64,000 bases of DNA, from IMG/VR virus record IMGVR_UViG_3300021963_006848, positions 1 to 64,000 of that record. One strand, 5' to 3'. Shown here in pieces: positions 47,978 through 56,861 of the stretch. Each line of letters begins with the position of its first letter. Position 1 is the stretch's first letter. The translations under genes were made by a program, and so were the position numbers. Under the pieces are notes generated by a model. That model did no database searches and was not told the DNA's origin. It saw only the letters and a program-made list of their open reading frames with translations. Source of the DNA: a virus.

Positions 47978-48388
47978 TTATTTAACCAACAACAGCAAAG
48001 TAGACACGATAGCTACTCCAGATCCAATCTTGTAGAAAAATACTCGTGTATTAGCTGCTTTTAAAGCTCTTTCTAAATCCTTAGAAAGCTGTTGTTGTAG
48101 TTTAAACTGCTCATCTTTTCTAAGAATAATCTCATTAAGATTCACAATTTTACTTGATTGCGTTACTATAATACTATCTTTAAGAGCTACCTTTTGTTCA
48201 GTAGCTGCTAAAGTTTGATGTAGGTTAGTGATCTCTACTTGAGAACCATCACCCTTAATCAGATCCTTAATTACGAGACGTGCTATCGGCTTGCGCAGTT
48301 GTATCGCTGATGAGTCCTTTGTAACGTTCTGTGAAAAAACGCTCAAGCTCGTCATCAGTATAAGAATCGACAGAGTTAACTTTTTCAT
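47978..48388 (-). CDS. spanin-like secreted coiled-coil protein
   Basis: signal peptide, coiled coil, hydrophobic C-terminus; overlaps the upstream gene. Confidence 0.5.
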   Translation of the reverse strand: MKKLTLSILILMTSLSVFSQNVTKDSSAIQLRKPIARLVIKDLIKGDGSQVEITNLHQTLAATEQKVALKDSIIVTQSSKIVNLNEIILRKDEQFKLQQQLSKDLERALKAANTRVFFYKIGSGVAIVSTLLLLVK

Positions 48389-48650
48389 TTGTTTCTTGTT
48401 TAATTAATACTAATTTGTCTTTTAAGCTCTGAATTTTATCGTCCTGAATTGATACTTCAGTTTCGTATTCAGCAATTTGATCATCTAGTTTGCCGTTCTC
48501 AACATATATAGAATCTACTGTATGTTGAAGAGAGTCGATCTTAACCTCATATCCTTTAACATCTACCTTTATAGGTGCTTGTACAAAGAACAGGATATAA
48601 GCAGCCAAGACCGCTATGATCCCTATTAAGATAATATTTGTTTTCTTCAT
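48267..48650 (-). CDS. i-spanin-like protein
   Basis: N-terminal TM plus coiled coil, after the endolysin. Confidence 0.55.
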   Translation of the reverse strand: MKKTNIILIGIIAVLAAYILFFVQAPIKVDVKGYEVKIDSLQHTVDSIYVENGKLDDQIAEYETEVSIQDDKIQSLKDKLVLIKQETNEKVNSVDSYTDDELERFFTERYKGLISDTTAQADSTSRN

Positions 48651-48701
48651 TTTTTACCTTTTAATAATTTACGAAAAAATGCTCAGACGAGCAACTTTTT
48701 C

Positions 48702-49316
48702 TTATGCTTTAACGTATCCGTAGTACTTTAACGTTTTAGCTTTTCTATCCTCTAATCCATGAGTACCACCGTTAACTCTTTTTGTAAGAGCTAAAATAGC
48801 AGCTTCGTTTACACCTTGATCACAAATAGACCATAATTTATTCTTATCGAAAAAGAATAAAGCTGATTCAAATGAATAGTCAGTAGCAACTAAATCTGGA
48901 TTAGTTAAGATCTCAGGTTTGTTGATATGCTTAGAAAATTGAGTGTAGTTGTCTTTACCAGTCAATTGGATTGCTCCACGACCACGGAACTTCCAACCAT
49001 CACCTGATGCTTCATCACCATTACCCATACGAGAAGCATAAACGCGGTTAGCGATTTTCTCTGGTTGGCGAGCATAAGATTCTTCTAAGTTACCTGGGAA
49101 ATACTTTCCAAAGATACCCTGTAAGCCTTGAGCTGAATAGTTCAAGTTTTCATTGTATACTTTAAAGTCACCTGTCTCATGTCCTGTTTGAGCAAAGAAG
49201 TGTGCTGCTCTTTCCGGAGTAAGATTGTAAAATTTCATTGCTGCTTTCATAGTACCTGGACCGAAAGCTCCATCAGCTGTTAAGCCTAATTTGGTTTGTA
49301 GTGCTTTTAAACTCAT
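48702..49316 (-). CDS. GH19 endolysin with N-terminal PG-binding motif
   Basis: ADGAFGPGT, FFAQTGHET, ENLNYS, FRGRGAIQLTGK.NY, VNGG..G. Confidence 0.9.
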   Translation of the reverse strand: MSLKALQTKLGLTADGAFGPGTMKAAMKFYNLTPERAAHFFAQTGHETGDFKVYNENLNYSAQGLQGIFGKYFPGNLEESYARQPEKIANRVYASRMGNGDEASGDGWKFRGRGAIQLTGKDNYTQFSKHINKPEILTNPDLVATDYSFESALFFFDKNKLWSICDQGVNEAAILALTKRVNGGTHGLEDRKAKTLKYYGYVKA

Positions 49317-49334
49317 TTTAGTTCTATTTTATAA

Positions 49335-49577
49335 TTATTCTTCGTTATTTTCTGCTTTTTTACCAAAGATTTTACCAACTTCTGCAATACCGAATGCACC
49401 TAATGTGATGTATACGAATGAATTGAAGATGATAGGTTCAATTACTAATGGGTTACCTAAAAAACCTGTTACGATGTCTGCTGCTGCGAATACTACCATT
49501 ACTGCGAATGATGCAAATCCAACGATTGATTTTTCGTTGTAATCATTACTGTCTTTGAAAATGTCTTTAAATGCCAT
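49335..49577 (-). CDS. holin-like protein
   Basis: two TMs, charged C-terminus, immediately upstream of the endolysin. Confidence 0.6.
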   Translation of the reverse strand: MAFKDIFKDSNDYNEKSIVGFASFAVMVVFAAADIVTGFLGNPLVIEPIIFNSFVYITLGAFGIAEVGKIFGKKAENNEE

Positions 49578-49656
49578 AGCTTTTAATTTTAAGTTTTAAG
49601 TTAAGCTACAACCATGCACTCTAATGCTTTTACGCAACTCTTTGTTATAAATAGGC

Positions 49657-49697
49657 CAAAAAGAAAAGGAGCACGAAATTAATCGTACTCCTCTCTA
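49657..49697 (-). terminator. intrinsic terminator
   Basis: GGAG.ACGA/TCGT.CTCC stem plus U tract. Confidence 0.65.
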
Positions 49698-49747
49698 TAT
49701 GACCGGGCCTTGCTCCTACCCTCCTCCCGGTCAAGCTTTTAAAAAAT

Positions 49748-49972
49748 CTACTTGCTGAGTTCTTGTACTTCTTGTGGTAGGAATTCAACATTAACATGGC
49801 CGCAGGCCGTGCAAGCAAAAACCGGAATCGGTACATAAGATGGTACCCCAGTTCCTGTTAATAACCCAGATGCTTTTCTAAGATGAAGGACTTGATTGAA
49901 AAAATGTCCCCCGCATTCGTCGCATAAAACCGGGCTTGTTTGGTCGATACCAATATTTAATTTTTGTTCCAT
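49748..49972 (-). CDS. zinc-ribbon protein
   Basis: CDEC...CTACGH. Confidence 0.7.
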   Translation of the reverse strand: MEQKLNIGIDQTSPVLCDECGGHFFNQVLHLRKASGLLTGTGVPSYVPIPVFACTACGHVNVEFLPQEVQELSK

Positions 49973-49974
49973 TA

Positions 49975-50226
49975 TTAACGTGGTTGTTTGTAGTATTCAC
50001 CTTTGATAGGTCCTTCTGTTGCAGAAGCAGTTTCCTTCTTCTTACGTGGCGCGGATTTTTTCTTAGGTTTAGCAGCTTTTTCAACTTCGGCTTGTGCCTC
50101 TGCTTGAACTTCTTTAGCTCCTTCTACGATGTTAGCAATTGTTTCGGCGGTATTTTTTGCCGAAGTCTTCAAGTAAATAAACCCACCGATTAATACGATG
50201 GCAGCGAAAATTACAATAATTGTCAT
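49975..50226 (-). CDS. membrane-anchored Lys/Ala-rich protein
   Basis: N-terminal TM. Confidence 0.65.
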   Translation of the reverse strand: MTIIVIFAAIVLIGGFIYLKTSAKNTAETIANIVEGAKEVQAEAQAEVEKAAKPKKKSAPRKKKETASATEGPIKGEYYKQPR

Positions 50227-50265
50227 GGTTTTTGAATTGATTGTTTATATAAATAGTTTAATTGT

Positions 50266-50763
50266 TTAAAATTTAGGTACCGGAGTAGGCTTGATCCTAT
50301 ACTTGTCATCCATGTGTAAGAAGAACTTATGCAAGTCCCCATCCCAATTCAACATCTCATCCTCTACCTGCTCCTTTGTTACTCTATAGTTTCTTGTAAA
50401 CTCTCTAATCAACTCTTCCAACTTCTTATTCTCCTCCTTCTCGTGATCTTCAAGTAATCTCTTCCGTCTTGCTCTCATCAAAGATGACTCCTCCACCCAC
50501 TTGGCGTAATCTGGTGACATCTTCTCCCACATCTCATTTAGGTTATGCTCGCACAATTCGGCTTGATACTTCCAATGAGGGTAATCGTAGTCTCCGTTCT
50601 TAATCCTATCTCCTAAGAATGCTCTCGAGGATAAGGGCTTATTAACTGATTCATACATTCTCCACCACGTAAAAGGATTATAATTCAATTTTCGTAATCC
50701 TTTAAGCTTTGTATTGAGGAGCTGCTCACGGGTGTGAACGGGGTTATACATCTGCTGTTTCAT
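50266..50763 (-). CDS. hypothetical protein
   Basis: ORF with promoter at 50766-50800. Confidence 0.7.
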   Translation of the reverse strand: MKQQMYNPVHTREQLLNTKLKGLRKLNYNPFTWWRMYESVNKPLSSRAFLGDRIKNGDYDYPHWKYQAELCEHNLNEMWEKMSPDYAKWVEESSLMRARRKRLLEDHEKEENKKLEELIREFTRNYRVTKEQVEDEMLNWDGDLHKFFLHMDDKYRIKPTPVPKF

Positions 50764-50826
50764 ATAATAAAGATACGAAATAAAATGATAAGATACAACT
50801 ACTAAATTTCCGGAGACATCTCCATA

Positions 50827-50885
50827 TTCGCGCGGGACACCTTCGGTGAAGAGAGGGACAGACGCCCCCCTGCTTCCCCCTCCGG
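50827..50885 (-). repeat. GC-rich dispersed element, copy 3
   Basis: CGCGCGGGACACCTTCGGTGAAGAGAGGGACAGACGCCCCCC. Confidence 0.6.
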
Positions 50886-50887
50886 TT

Positions 50888-52513
50888 TTACATCATACCG
50901 CCAAAGTCGTTTTTCTCTTCTTTATCTTTTTTGATATTAGAGATAACTGCTTCGGTTAGTAAGATTGTACCTGCTACCGATGCGGCGTTTTCTAGTGCTA
51001 AACGTGTAACCTTAGCCGGATCGATAATACCTTCGTCAAACATATTTACTACCTCTTCTGTGCGTGGATTATATCCTACCCATTTATCATTCTTATCGTT
51101 AATCTTTGTAATTACTTCTGAGATTTGCTCTAAGCTATACCCTGCATTTTGTAATATCTTTACAAATGGCTGACGGCAAGCTAACTTAACAAACTGGGCA
51201 CCTAAGTCCTGAGAAGAATGGTTTGTAACTACCGGGTTTTCATCTAGGTACTTAGAAGCATTTAATAATGCAATTCCTCCTCCAGGTAAGATACCTTCTT
51301 CTAGAGCTGCTCGTGTAGCGTGCAAAGCATCGTCTACTCGGTCTTTCTTCTCTTTCATCTCTACTTCAGTATGACCACCTACATATACAATCGCTACTCC
51401 GCCAATAAACTTAGCTAAACGATCTTGTAGATTTTCTTTTTCGAATGGAGATTTAGCTTCGTCGATTTGAGTCTTTAATTCTTCTACTCGACCTGTAATG
51501 GCTGCATCTTCTCCTGAAGCATCAATAATTGTAGTAGTGTCTTTTCCTACCGTTACTTTCTTAGCTTTACCTAACCACTCAGGGTTAAACTTCTCTAACT
51601 TCATTGCTTTCTCTGAAGAGATTACCTGGCCACCTGTCAATATCGCAATATCTTCTAGAACTGCTTTTCTACGATCTCCAAATTCAGGAGCTTTAACAGC
51701 TACACATGATAAGATACCTCTCATCTTGTTAACTACTAATGTAGATAATGCTTCTCCGTCAATATCATCAGCGATGATTAATAGAGATTTATTCTGCGAA
51801 GAACATGCTTCTAATACAGGGAGTAACTCTTTAACAGAGTTTAATCGCTTGTCTGTAATTAAGATCAACGGACTTTGAAGAACGGCTTGCATAGTGCTAT
51901 TATCTGTTACAAAGTACGGGGACTTATAACCTCTGCCGAATTGCATACCTTCTACTGTTTCCAGATAGGTTTCTCCGGTACGTGATTCCTCGATTGTAAC
52001 AACTCCATCTCTGCCAACTTTGTCCATGGCAGTGGAAATCAACTCACCTACTTCGGTGTCGTTATTAGCTGAGATGGTAGCAACCTGTTTAAGCTGTCCT
52101 TCGTCCGTGATTTCTTTAGAGTAATTTTCTGTCAAGTATTCAACTACTGCTGATACTGCTTTATCTACTCCTCTTTTAATTTCTACTACGTTATCTGAGT
52201 CGTCAATTGGTGAATTAGCAATAGCATAAGCTAACAAGGTAGATGTTGTTGTACCATCTCCTGCTTCGTCAGCAGTCTTAATCGATGCTTGCTTTACTAA
52301 CTGCGCTCCAATGTTAGGAACTCTTTCCTCTAATTCAATAGCTTTTGCTACTGTAACACCATCTTTTGTCGAAACAGGACTGCCCATTTCTTGTTCGATG
52401 ATAACGTTACGTCCTGATGGACCTAATGTTGCTACAACTGCATCTGCTAATTGTTTAACTCCTTGCAATAACTCTTCACGAGCTACTTTTGAATATGTTA
52501 CTTTCTTTTCCAT
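50888..52513 (-). CDS. groL: chaperonin GroEL
   Basis: TLGPSGRNV, TKDGVTVAK, AGDGTTT, GIIDPAKV, GGMM tail. Confidence 0.97.
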   Translation of the reverse strand: MEKKVTYSKVAREELLQGVKQLADAVVATLGPSGRNVIIEQEMGSPVSTKDGVTVAKAIELEERVPNIGAQLVKQASIKTADEAGDGTTTSTLLAYAIANSPIDDSDNVVEIKRGVDKAVSAVVEYLTENYSKEITDEGQLKQVATISANNDTEVGELISTAMDKVGRDGVVTIEESRTGETYLETVEGMQFGRGYKSPYFVTDNSTMQAVLQSPLILITDKRLNSVKELLPVLEACSSQNKSLLIIADDIDGEALSTLVVNKMRGILSCVAVKAPEFGDRRKAVLEDIAILTGGQVISSEKAMKLEKFNPEWLGKAKKVTVGKDTTTIIDASGEDAAITGRVEELKTQIDEAKSPFEKENLQDRLAKFIGGVAIVYVGGHTEVEMKEKKDRVDDALHATRAALEEGILPGGGIALLNASKYLDENPVVTNHSSQDLGAQFVKLACRQPFVKILQNAGYSLEQISEVITKINDKNDKWVGYNPRTEEVVNMFDEGIIDPAKVTRLALENAASVAGTILLTEAVISNIKKDKEEKNDFGGMM

Positions 52514-52824
52514 TAGTTTACTAATTCTGTTTTTTCTTTTACTGTTGCTAAAATTTCTCTATCTTGTGTGATGTAGTATTCATCTCCTTCAAATTCGATA
52601 CGGATTGTACCGATCTTAGGAACTAATACAATATCTCCTACTTTAGCATTAACTCGAATATAATGTCCAAATTCAGATTGACGTCCTGGTCCTATAGCTA
52701 TTACTTGACCCATTTCTGGACGTTCTTTACCCATATCTGGAATTACGATATTACCATACATTTGCTCATCTTCCTCGATAGGTTTAATAAGCACACGGTC
52801 ATTTTGAGGTTCTAATACTTTCAT
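52513..52824 (-). CDS. groS: co-chaperonin GroES
   Basis: PQNDRVLI, G.VIAIGPG, VGDIVL. Confidence 0.93.
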   Translation of the reverse strand: MKVLEPQNDRVLIKPIEEDEQMYGNIVIPDMGKERPEMGQVIAIGPGRQSEFGHYIRVNAKVGDIVLVPKIGTIRIEFEGDEYYITQDREILATVKEKTELVN

Positions 52825-52897
52825 GATGTTTATAACTTGTTTATTAAATTTAATATACGAACTATTACTTTAAAATCAAACTCTAGGGCAGAGTTTT

Positions 52898-53305
52898 TTA
52901 CTTAATTTTTAAAGTTTTTGGTTTAGCTTTTTCCGAAATAGGGATAGCAATTTCTAACAAACCATTTTCAAGCTTAGCTTCTGCTTTACTTAGATCATAC
53001 TTTGCTGAGATTTTGTATCCTAGATCGAAAGAACGTCTTGCTAGACCTCTATGTATTGTTCCGGGATGTAACGTATCATCTTCTTCCGGTTTTTTATAAC
53101 TAATTTTGAGAATATCTTCTTCGATATTCACTTTTACATCTTCCTTTGTAAGACCGGTACATGCGACTTCGAAGTGAAGTTTGTCGTCGGTGTAGAAAAT
53201 GTTTAAGGGGTGTGGTTGTTTTGCCGTTGCGGCCGAGAGAAATCCACTTGTTGGGTGGAAAAAATTGTGAAATAAGATGTCGAATTCATTGAAATTTGTA
53301 CTCAT
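52898..53305 (-). CDS. small heat-shock protein Hsp20
   Basis: P.NI, HRGLARRSF, AKLENGLL.I. Confidence 0.9.
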   Translation of the reverse strand: MSTNFNEFDILFHNFFHPTSGFLSAATAKQPHPLNIFYTDDKLHFEVACTGLTKEDVKVNIEEDILKISYKKPEEDDTLHPGTIHRGLARRSFDLGYKISAKYDLSKAEAKLENGLLEIAIPISEKAKPKTLKIK

Positions 53306-53395
53306 TTGATTTACAGTTTGTGAGGTCCTAAGATCCTCGGTTTAACATTTGGTTAATATAACTACTCGCCCTAGAGTCGATTTAATATAAATATC

Positions 53396-53740
53396 TTATG
53401 TCCAAAAAACCTGCACACCAATAATAGCGCATGCAAGTAAAAGACATACGAATGTTTTGGTTGTAACCGGTTCATTAAATAATGCATAACTCATTATATA
53501 AAAAACTATAATACCTATTCCAAACCCTATCAAACGGCTTGGCCAGATCTCTCCATTAAAAGCAGCTACAAATTTTTCTACTGATTTAATGAATAGAATA
53601 GAAATAGGAATTGATATTAATAAGACCCAAAATGGATATTTAGCATACCACCCCCACTTTATATTTCCTTGGAGTTGTAGGAACGTTATGATTTGAGCCA
53701 ACGTTCCATACAATGCTCCTTCTAGTAATAATTTATACAT
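53396..53740 (-). CDS. four-TM membrane protein (SMR/DMT-like size)
   Basis: hydrophobic pattern; likely start 53740. Confidence 0.6.
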   Translation of the reverse strand: MYKLLLEGALYGTLAQIITFLQLQGNIKWGWYAKYPFWVLLISIPISILFIKSVEKFVAAFNGEIWPSRLIGFGIGIIVFYIMSYALFNEPVTTKTFVCLLLACAIIGVQVFWT

Positions 53741-53747
53741 AATAATT

Positions 53748-56063
53748 TTAGTGCCCATCTCTCCAGTTATCAGAAATCTCTGGTGGTGCTTTTAGGGTTA
53801 CACCCGGAAGAACTGTTGTAGTCTCCATGATGTTTCGTACTATAGGCGCAAACATCTCTGCGTCTTTTTCCGATACGTTTATAATTAACTGGTCATGTAC
53901 TTGAGCTTGCACTCTAGCATCAATGCCTAGTTCTTTTGCTTTACGGTTAATTTGAACTGCTGCTCGGTTTACTACCGCAGCTGCTAATGACTGTAATTGA
54001 AAGTTAAGACAGTTATTAAGGCCGTTTCGATAGTCTCTATAAAGAGCCATCACATCATCTTTACCGTACTGAGTTGCTAGTTCATTTCTAAACTTCCAAT
54101 CCATAATCTTTTCTCCGTATCTATCGTAAATTCGTTTTACTTTAGGTAAGTGACGAATACGCCCTACGTAGTTAGTAATAAATCCATGCTCTTTAACTTG
54201 CTTTCTAGAGTTCTCTCTCCAAGACTTTAACTCAGGGAAACCATCTAGATAACCTTGTACGAGTTTCTCAGCTTCTTTTTGAGGGATACCTAAAGTCATA
54301 CCTAATGCATAAGCCTCCATACCGTAAGCAATTCCTAACGAGTAAGCCTTAGCTTGATTACGTTTAACAGGGTCAAGTTTCTTAAGATAGTTAGGAGCTT
54401 TCTTATCTGGAGATACGCCTTCTAGTTTTTCAGTCTGAATAGCAACAGTAGAATAGAAGTCCCAACCATTATTAAAGATCTCTTGTAGTTTAATATCACC
54501 AGCTACAGAAGCAAAACAGTGAGGTTCTAGAGACTCGTAATCGGCGTCAATTACCTTACGTCCTTCACCAGCAATCAAAAATGCACGAACTATATTAGTA
54601 TACTTTACAATAATAGGAGCATCTTCCCCCTCTTCTTTCGGTTTAGGTAATTGTTGAGCATCTGAACCGTAACGTCCGGATACTGTACCGTTCTGCTTGA
54701 AGTAGAAATAATAACGTCCGTCTTCTGAGCCGTCAATAAAGCGGTCAATGTAGGTAGATTTAATCTTTAGAAGCTTATTATAGATTCGTAAGTTTTCTGC
54801 CCAAGTATATTCTTTAGATAAGTCCTCTAACATCTCCATATCAAATTGATCAGTTCCTTTAGTAGTCTTAGACTTAGCTTTGATACCCATATACTTGAAT
54901 ACAATCTCACCTAGGTGTTTTTTAGATTGAATGTTAATATACTCACCGTCGTTAGTTTCTTTCCACATCGCCATTGAAATACGAGCAACCTCTAATGGAT
55001 CTAGCAATTTAACATCCCCGGTAAGTAAGAATTCTTTATAGATAGAATCTTCTAGTTCAGAAACAGTCTTATTAGTAATAGAGTATTTACCAGTCTTCTC
55101 AGATCGAGGTAAAGGTAGAGAGTACCTTTTACATAACTCTTGAGCCCAGTTACCTTTATTAGTAGGAGGGTAGTTACTAAATGCAGTATCCATTACCCAA
55201 TTCTTACCATCATCGGTAGCTAATAGACTCTTCATTACGATCTTCTTATTTTCAATAAGATCTGCCTGTATCTCACTGTGAACTTGACGTAATAAATCCA
55301 TATCAAGATCAACGCCATACTCTTCCATCGGAACAGTAACTTCACGGTAGATAGGCATAACCTCTTCTTCAAAGAAGAACTTTTCTAGATTCTCTTGTTT
55401 TAGTTTATCTAAGTATAGGTTGCAAATACGTAACGTTAAATCGGTATCGGCAGCAGCATACTTAGATAGTATCTCCATATCGGCTTTGTAGATCTCGTAG
55501 TTTTCTTTCGTAACAGATCCTCCGTTAGCTTTTATAGATTCTTTAAGTTCTATCTGCTCTTTGTTGGCTGCTTCTTCTACATCTAAACCTAATGCTTTCT
55601 GATTCATAATAGCAATTGATTTCAATCCAAATGGATTACCAAAACCAAAAGCTCCATCTTCTTGAACCGTATGAACAAGTAACCCAGTATCTACCCAAAG
55701 ATCTTCTAACAGGTCAATACCGTAATAGTTTTTTACAAATCGAGTATCGAAAGAGGCGTTATGCATTACAAGCTTTTTACCTTTTAACATTGGTAGTAGC
55801 TTCTTAGTAATAGCATGAGCTCCTCTACCACCGATTAGACATTCCTCTAACTGCTGTGTAGTAGCGTTCCACATTTGAGTAGGTAGGTAAAAACCTATAC
55901 CTTCATCTCCGGATACTGACCAACCTACTATGCTACCTTTTCGCATATTAAGAGAGTCAGTCTCGGTATCGAATGCTATAACTTCAGAAGCATTAATATG
56001 TTCGATCAGTAGGTCTACTAATTCAATAGAGTCTACGGTGTAGTATTTTTTTTCTATATTCAT
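53748..56063 (-). CDS. polA: family A DNA polymerase with 3'-5' exonuclease
   Basis: FDTETD, HNASFD, YAAAD; DYESLE, RNQAKAYSLGIAYG, VHDQL. Confidence 0.93.
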   Translation of the reverse strand: MNIEKKYYTVDSIELVDLLIEHINASEVIAFDTETDSLNMRKGSIVGWSVSGDEGIGFYLPTQMWNATTQQLEECLIGGRGAHAITKKLLPMLKGKKLVMHNASFDTRFVKNYYGIDLLEDLWVDTGLLVHTVQEDGAFGFGNPFGLKSIAIMNQKALGLDVEEAANKEQIELKESIKANGGSVTKENYEIYKADMEILSKYAAADTDLTLRICNLYLDKLKQENLEKFFFEEEVMPIYREVTVPMEEYGVDLDMDLLRQVHSEIQADLIENKKIVMKSLLATDDGKNWVMDTAFSNYPPTNKGNWAQELCKRYSLPLPRSEKTGKYSITNKTVSELEDSIYKEFLLTGDVKLLDPLEVARISMAMWKETNDGEYINIQSKKHLGEIVFKYMGIKAKSKTTKGTDQFDMEMLEDLSKEYTWAENLRIYNKLLKIKSTYIDRFIDGSEDGRYYFYFKQNGTVSGRYGSDAQQLPKPKEEGEDAPIIVKYTNIVRAFLIAGEGRKVIDADYESLEPHCFASVAGDIKLQEIFNNGWDFYSTVAIQTEKLEGVSPDKKAPNYLKKLDPVKRNQAKAYSLGIAYGMEAYALGMTLGIPQKEAEKLVQGYLDGFPELKSWRENSRKQVKEHGFITNYVGRIRHLPKVKRIYDRYGEKIMDWKFRNELATQYGKDDVMALYRDYRNGLNNCLNFQLQSLAAAVVNRAAVQINRKAKELGIDARVQAQVHDQLIINVSEKDAEMFAPIVRNIMETTTVLPGVTLKAPPEISDNWRDGH

Positions 56064-56527
56064 TATGCAAATTTTTCGATTAAAGGATTCTTATCTACTG
56101 GTAACCATACTCCAATGCTGCCATCTTTTAAATGAGACGTCTTAATACTACGATCTTTTAATCGTTTATCAATGTAACCTCTCATCTCGTTGACGCTATA
56201 AAAGTATATATTCTTAGTATATACACTGTAGCAAAATATCCAATCAGACTTAGTTGTATTAAACCAACCTAACTTACCGGTGCCTTTATAAAGCTCCATA
56301 AACGTAAGTCCTGATTCACCGATATTAGCCTTTGCATCACCTCTATCCCAGGTGTTAGTCTTTCGATTAAAAAATTCGAAATCTAAACCTTTTTGTTGAT
56401 AGCCTTTGAATGCAGAGTAATCGGTTAGGTCTTTTACTTCTGTAATCTGACTTAGAGCTTGAATAACTGCGTATTCCCCTACTCTACCCTTCTCTAACTT
56501 TAATTGAAAATCTTCTTTTGTAGCCAT
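56063..56527 (-). CDS. PD-(D/E)XK-like protein (start corrected to 56527)
   Basis: GE, QQKGLDF, DAK, E..G.GW. Confidence 0.55.
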   Translation of the reverse strand: MATKEDFQLKLEKGRVGEYAVIQALSQITEVKDLTDYSAFKGYQQKGLDFEFFNRKTNTWDRGDAKANIGESGLTFMELYKGTGKLGWFNTTKSDWIFCYSVYTKNIYFYSVNEMRGYIDKRLKDRSIKTSHLKDGSIGVWLPVDKNPLIEKFA

Positions 56528-56560
56528 ATTATAACCTTTATTATTATACCTTAATGTACG

Positions 56561-56592
56561 AAAAAAAAGGGGAAGTTCCAACTGCTTCCCCT
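56561..56592 (-). terminator. terminator overlapping a class I promoter
   Basis: GGGGAAG/CTTCCCC stem plus U8. Confidence 0.7.
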
Positions 56593-56597
56593 ATTAT

Positions 56598-56861
56598 TTA
56601 ATACTCTCCGTAAAGATCAAATTTCTCTGGTTCCGGAGGGGTAACTGTGATTTCCTGCTCACGGATTGCATAAAGCTTTCCGGCAAGTGGATCTAATCTA
56701 TATGCTCCTTTAAACTTAGTCTTACGTAGGTAGGTTGTCAATGTTGGAACCAACCCTTCTATAACAACTCCTAAATCTATGTTCAGCTCCCAGTTATCAC
56801 CAGGAGGAACACGGGTAGCAATATGCTCTGTGAATTCTTGTTTAATTACTTCTGTTGCCAT
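56598..56861 (-). CDS. hypothetical protein
   Basis: packed ORF. Confidence 0.65.
   Translation of the reverse strand: MATEVIKQEFTEHIATRVPPGDNWELNIDLGVVIEGLVPTLTTYLRKTKFKGAYRLDPLAGKLYAIREQEITVTPPEPEKFDLYGEY

Noticed and set aside
1914-56581. Shared N-terminal RILRY/RTLRY peptide in several track ORFs
   Set aside because: It is a translation of the promoter motif CGTATCTTAAGGTAT; the true starts are downstream ATGs.
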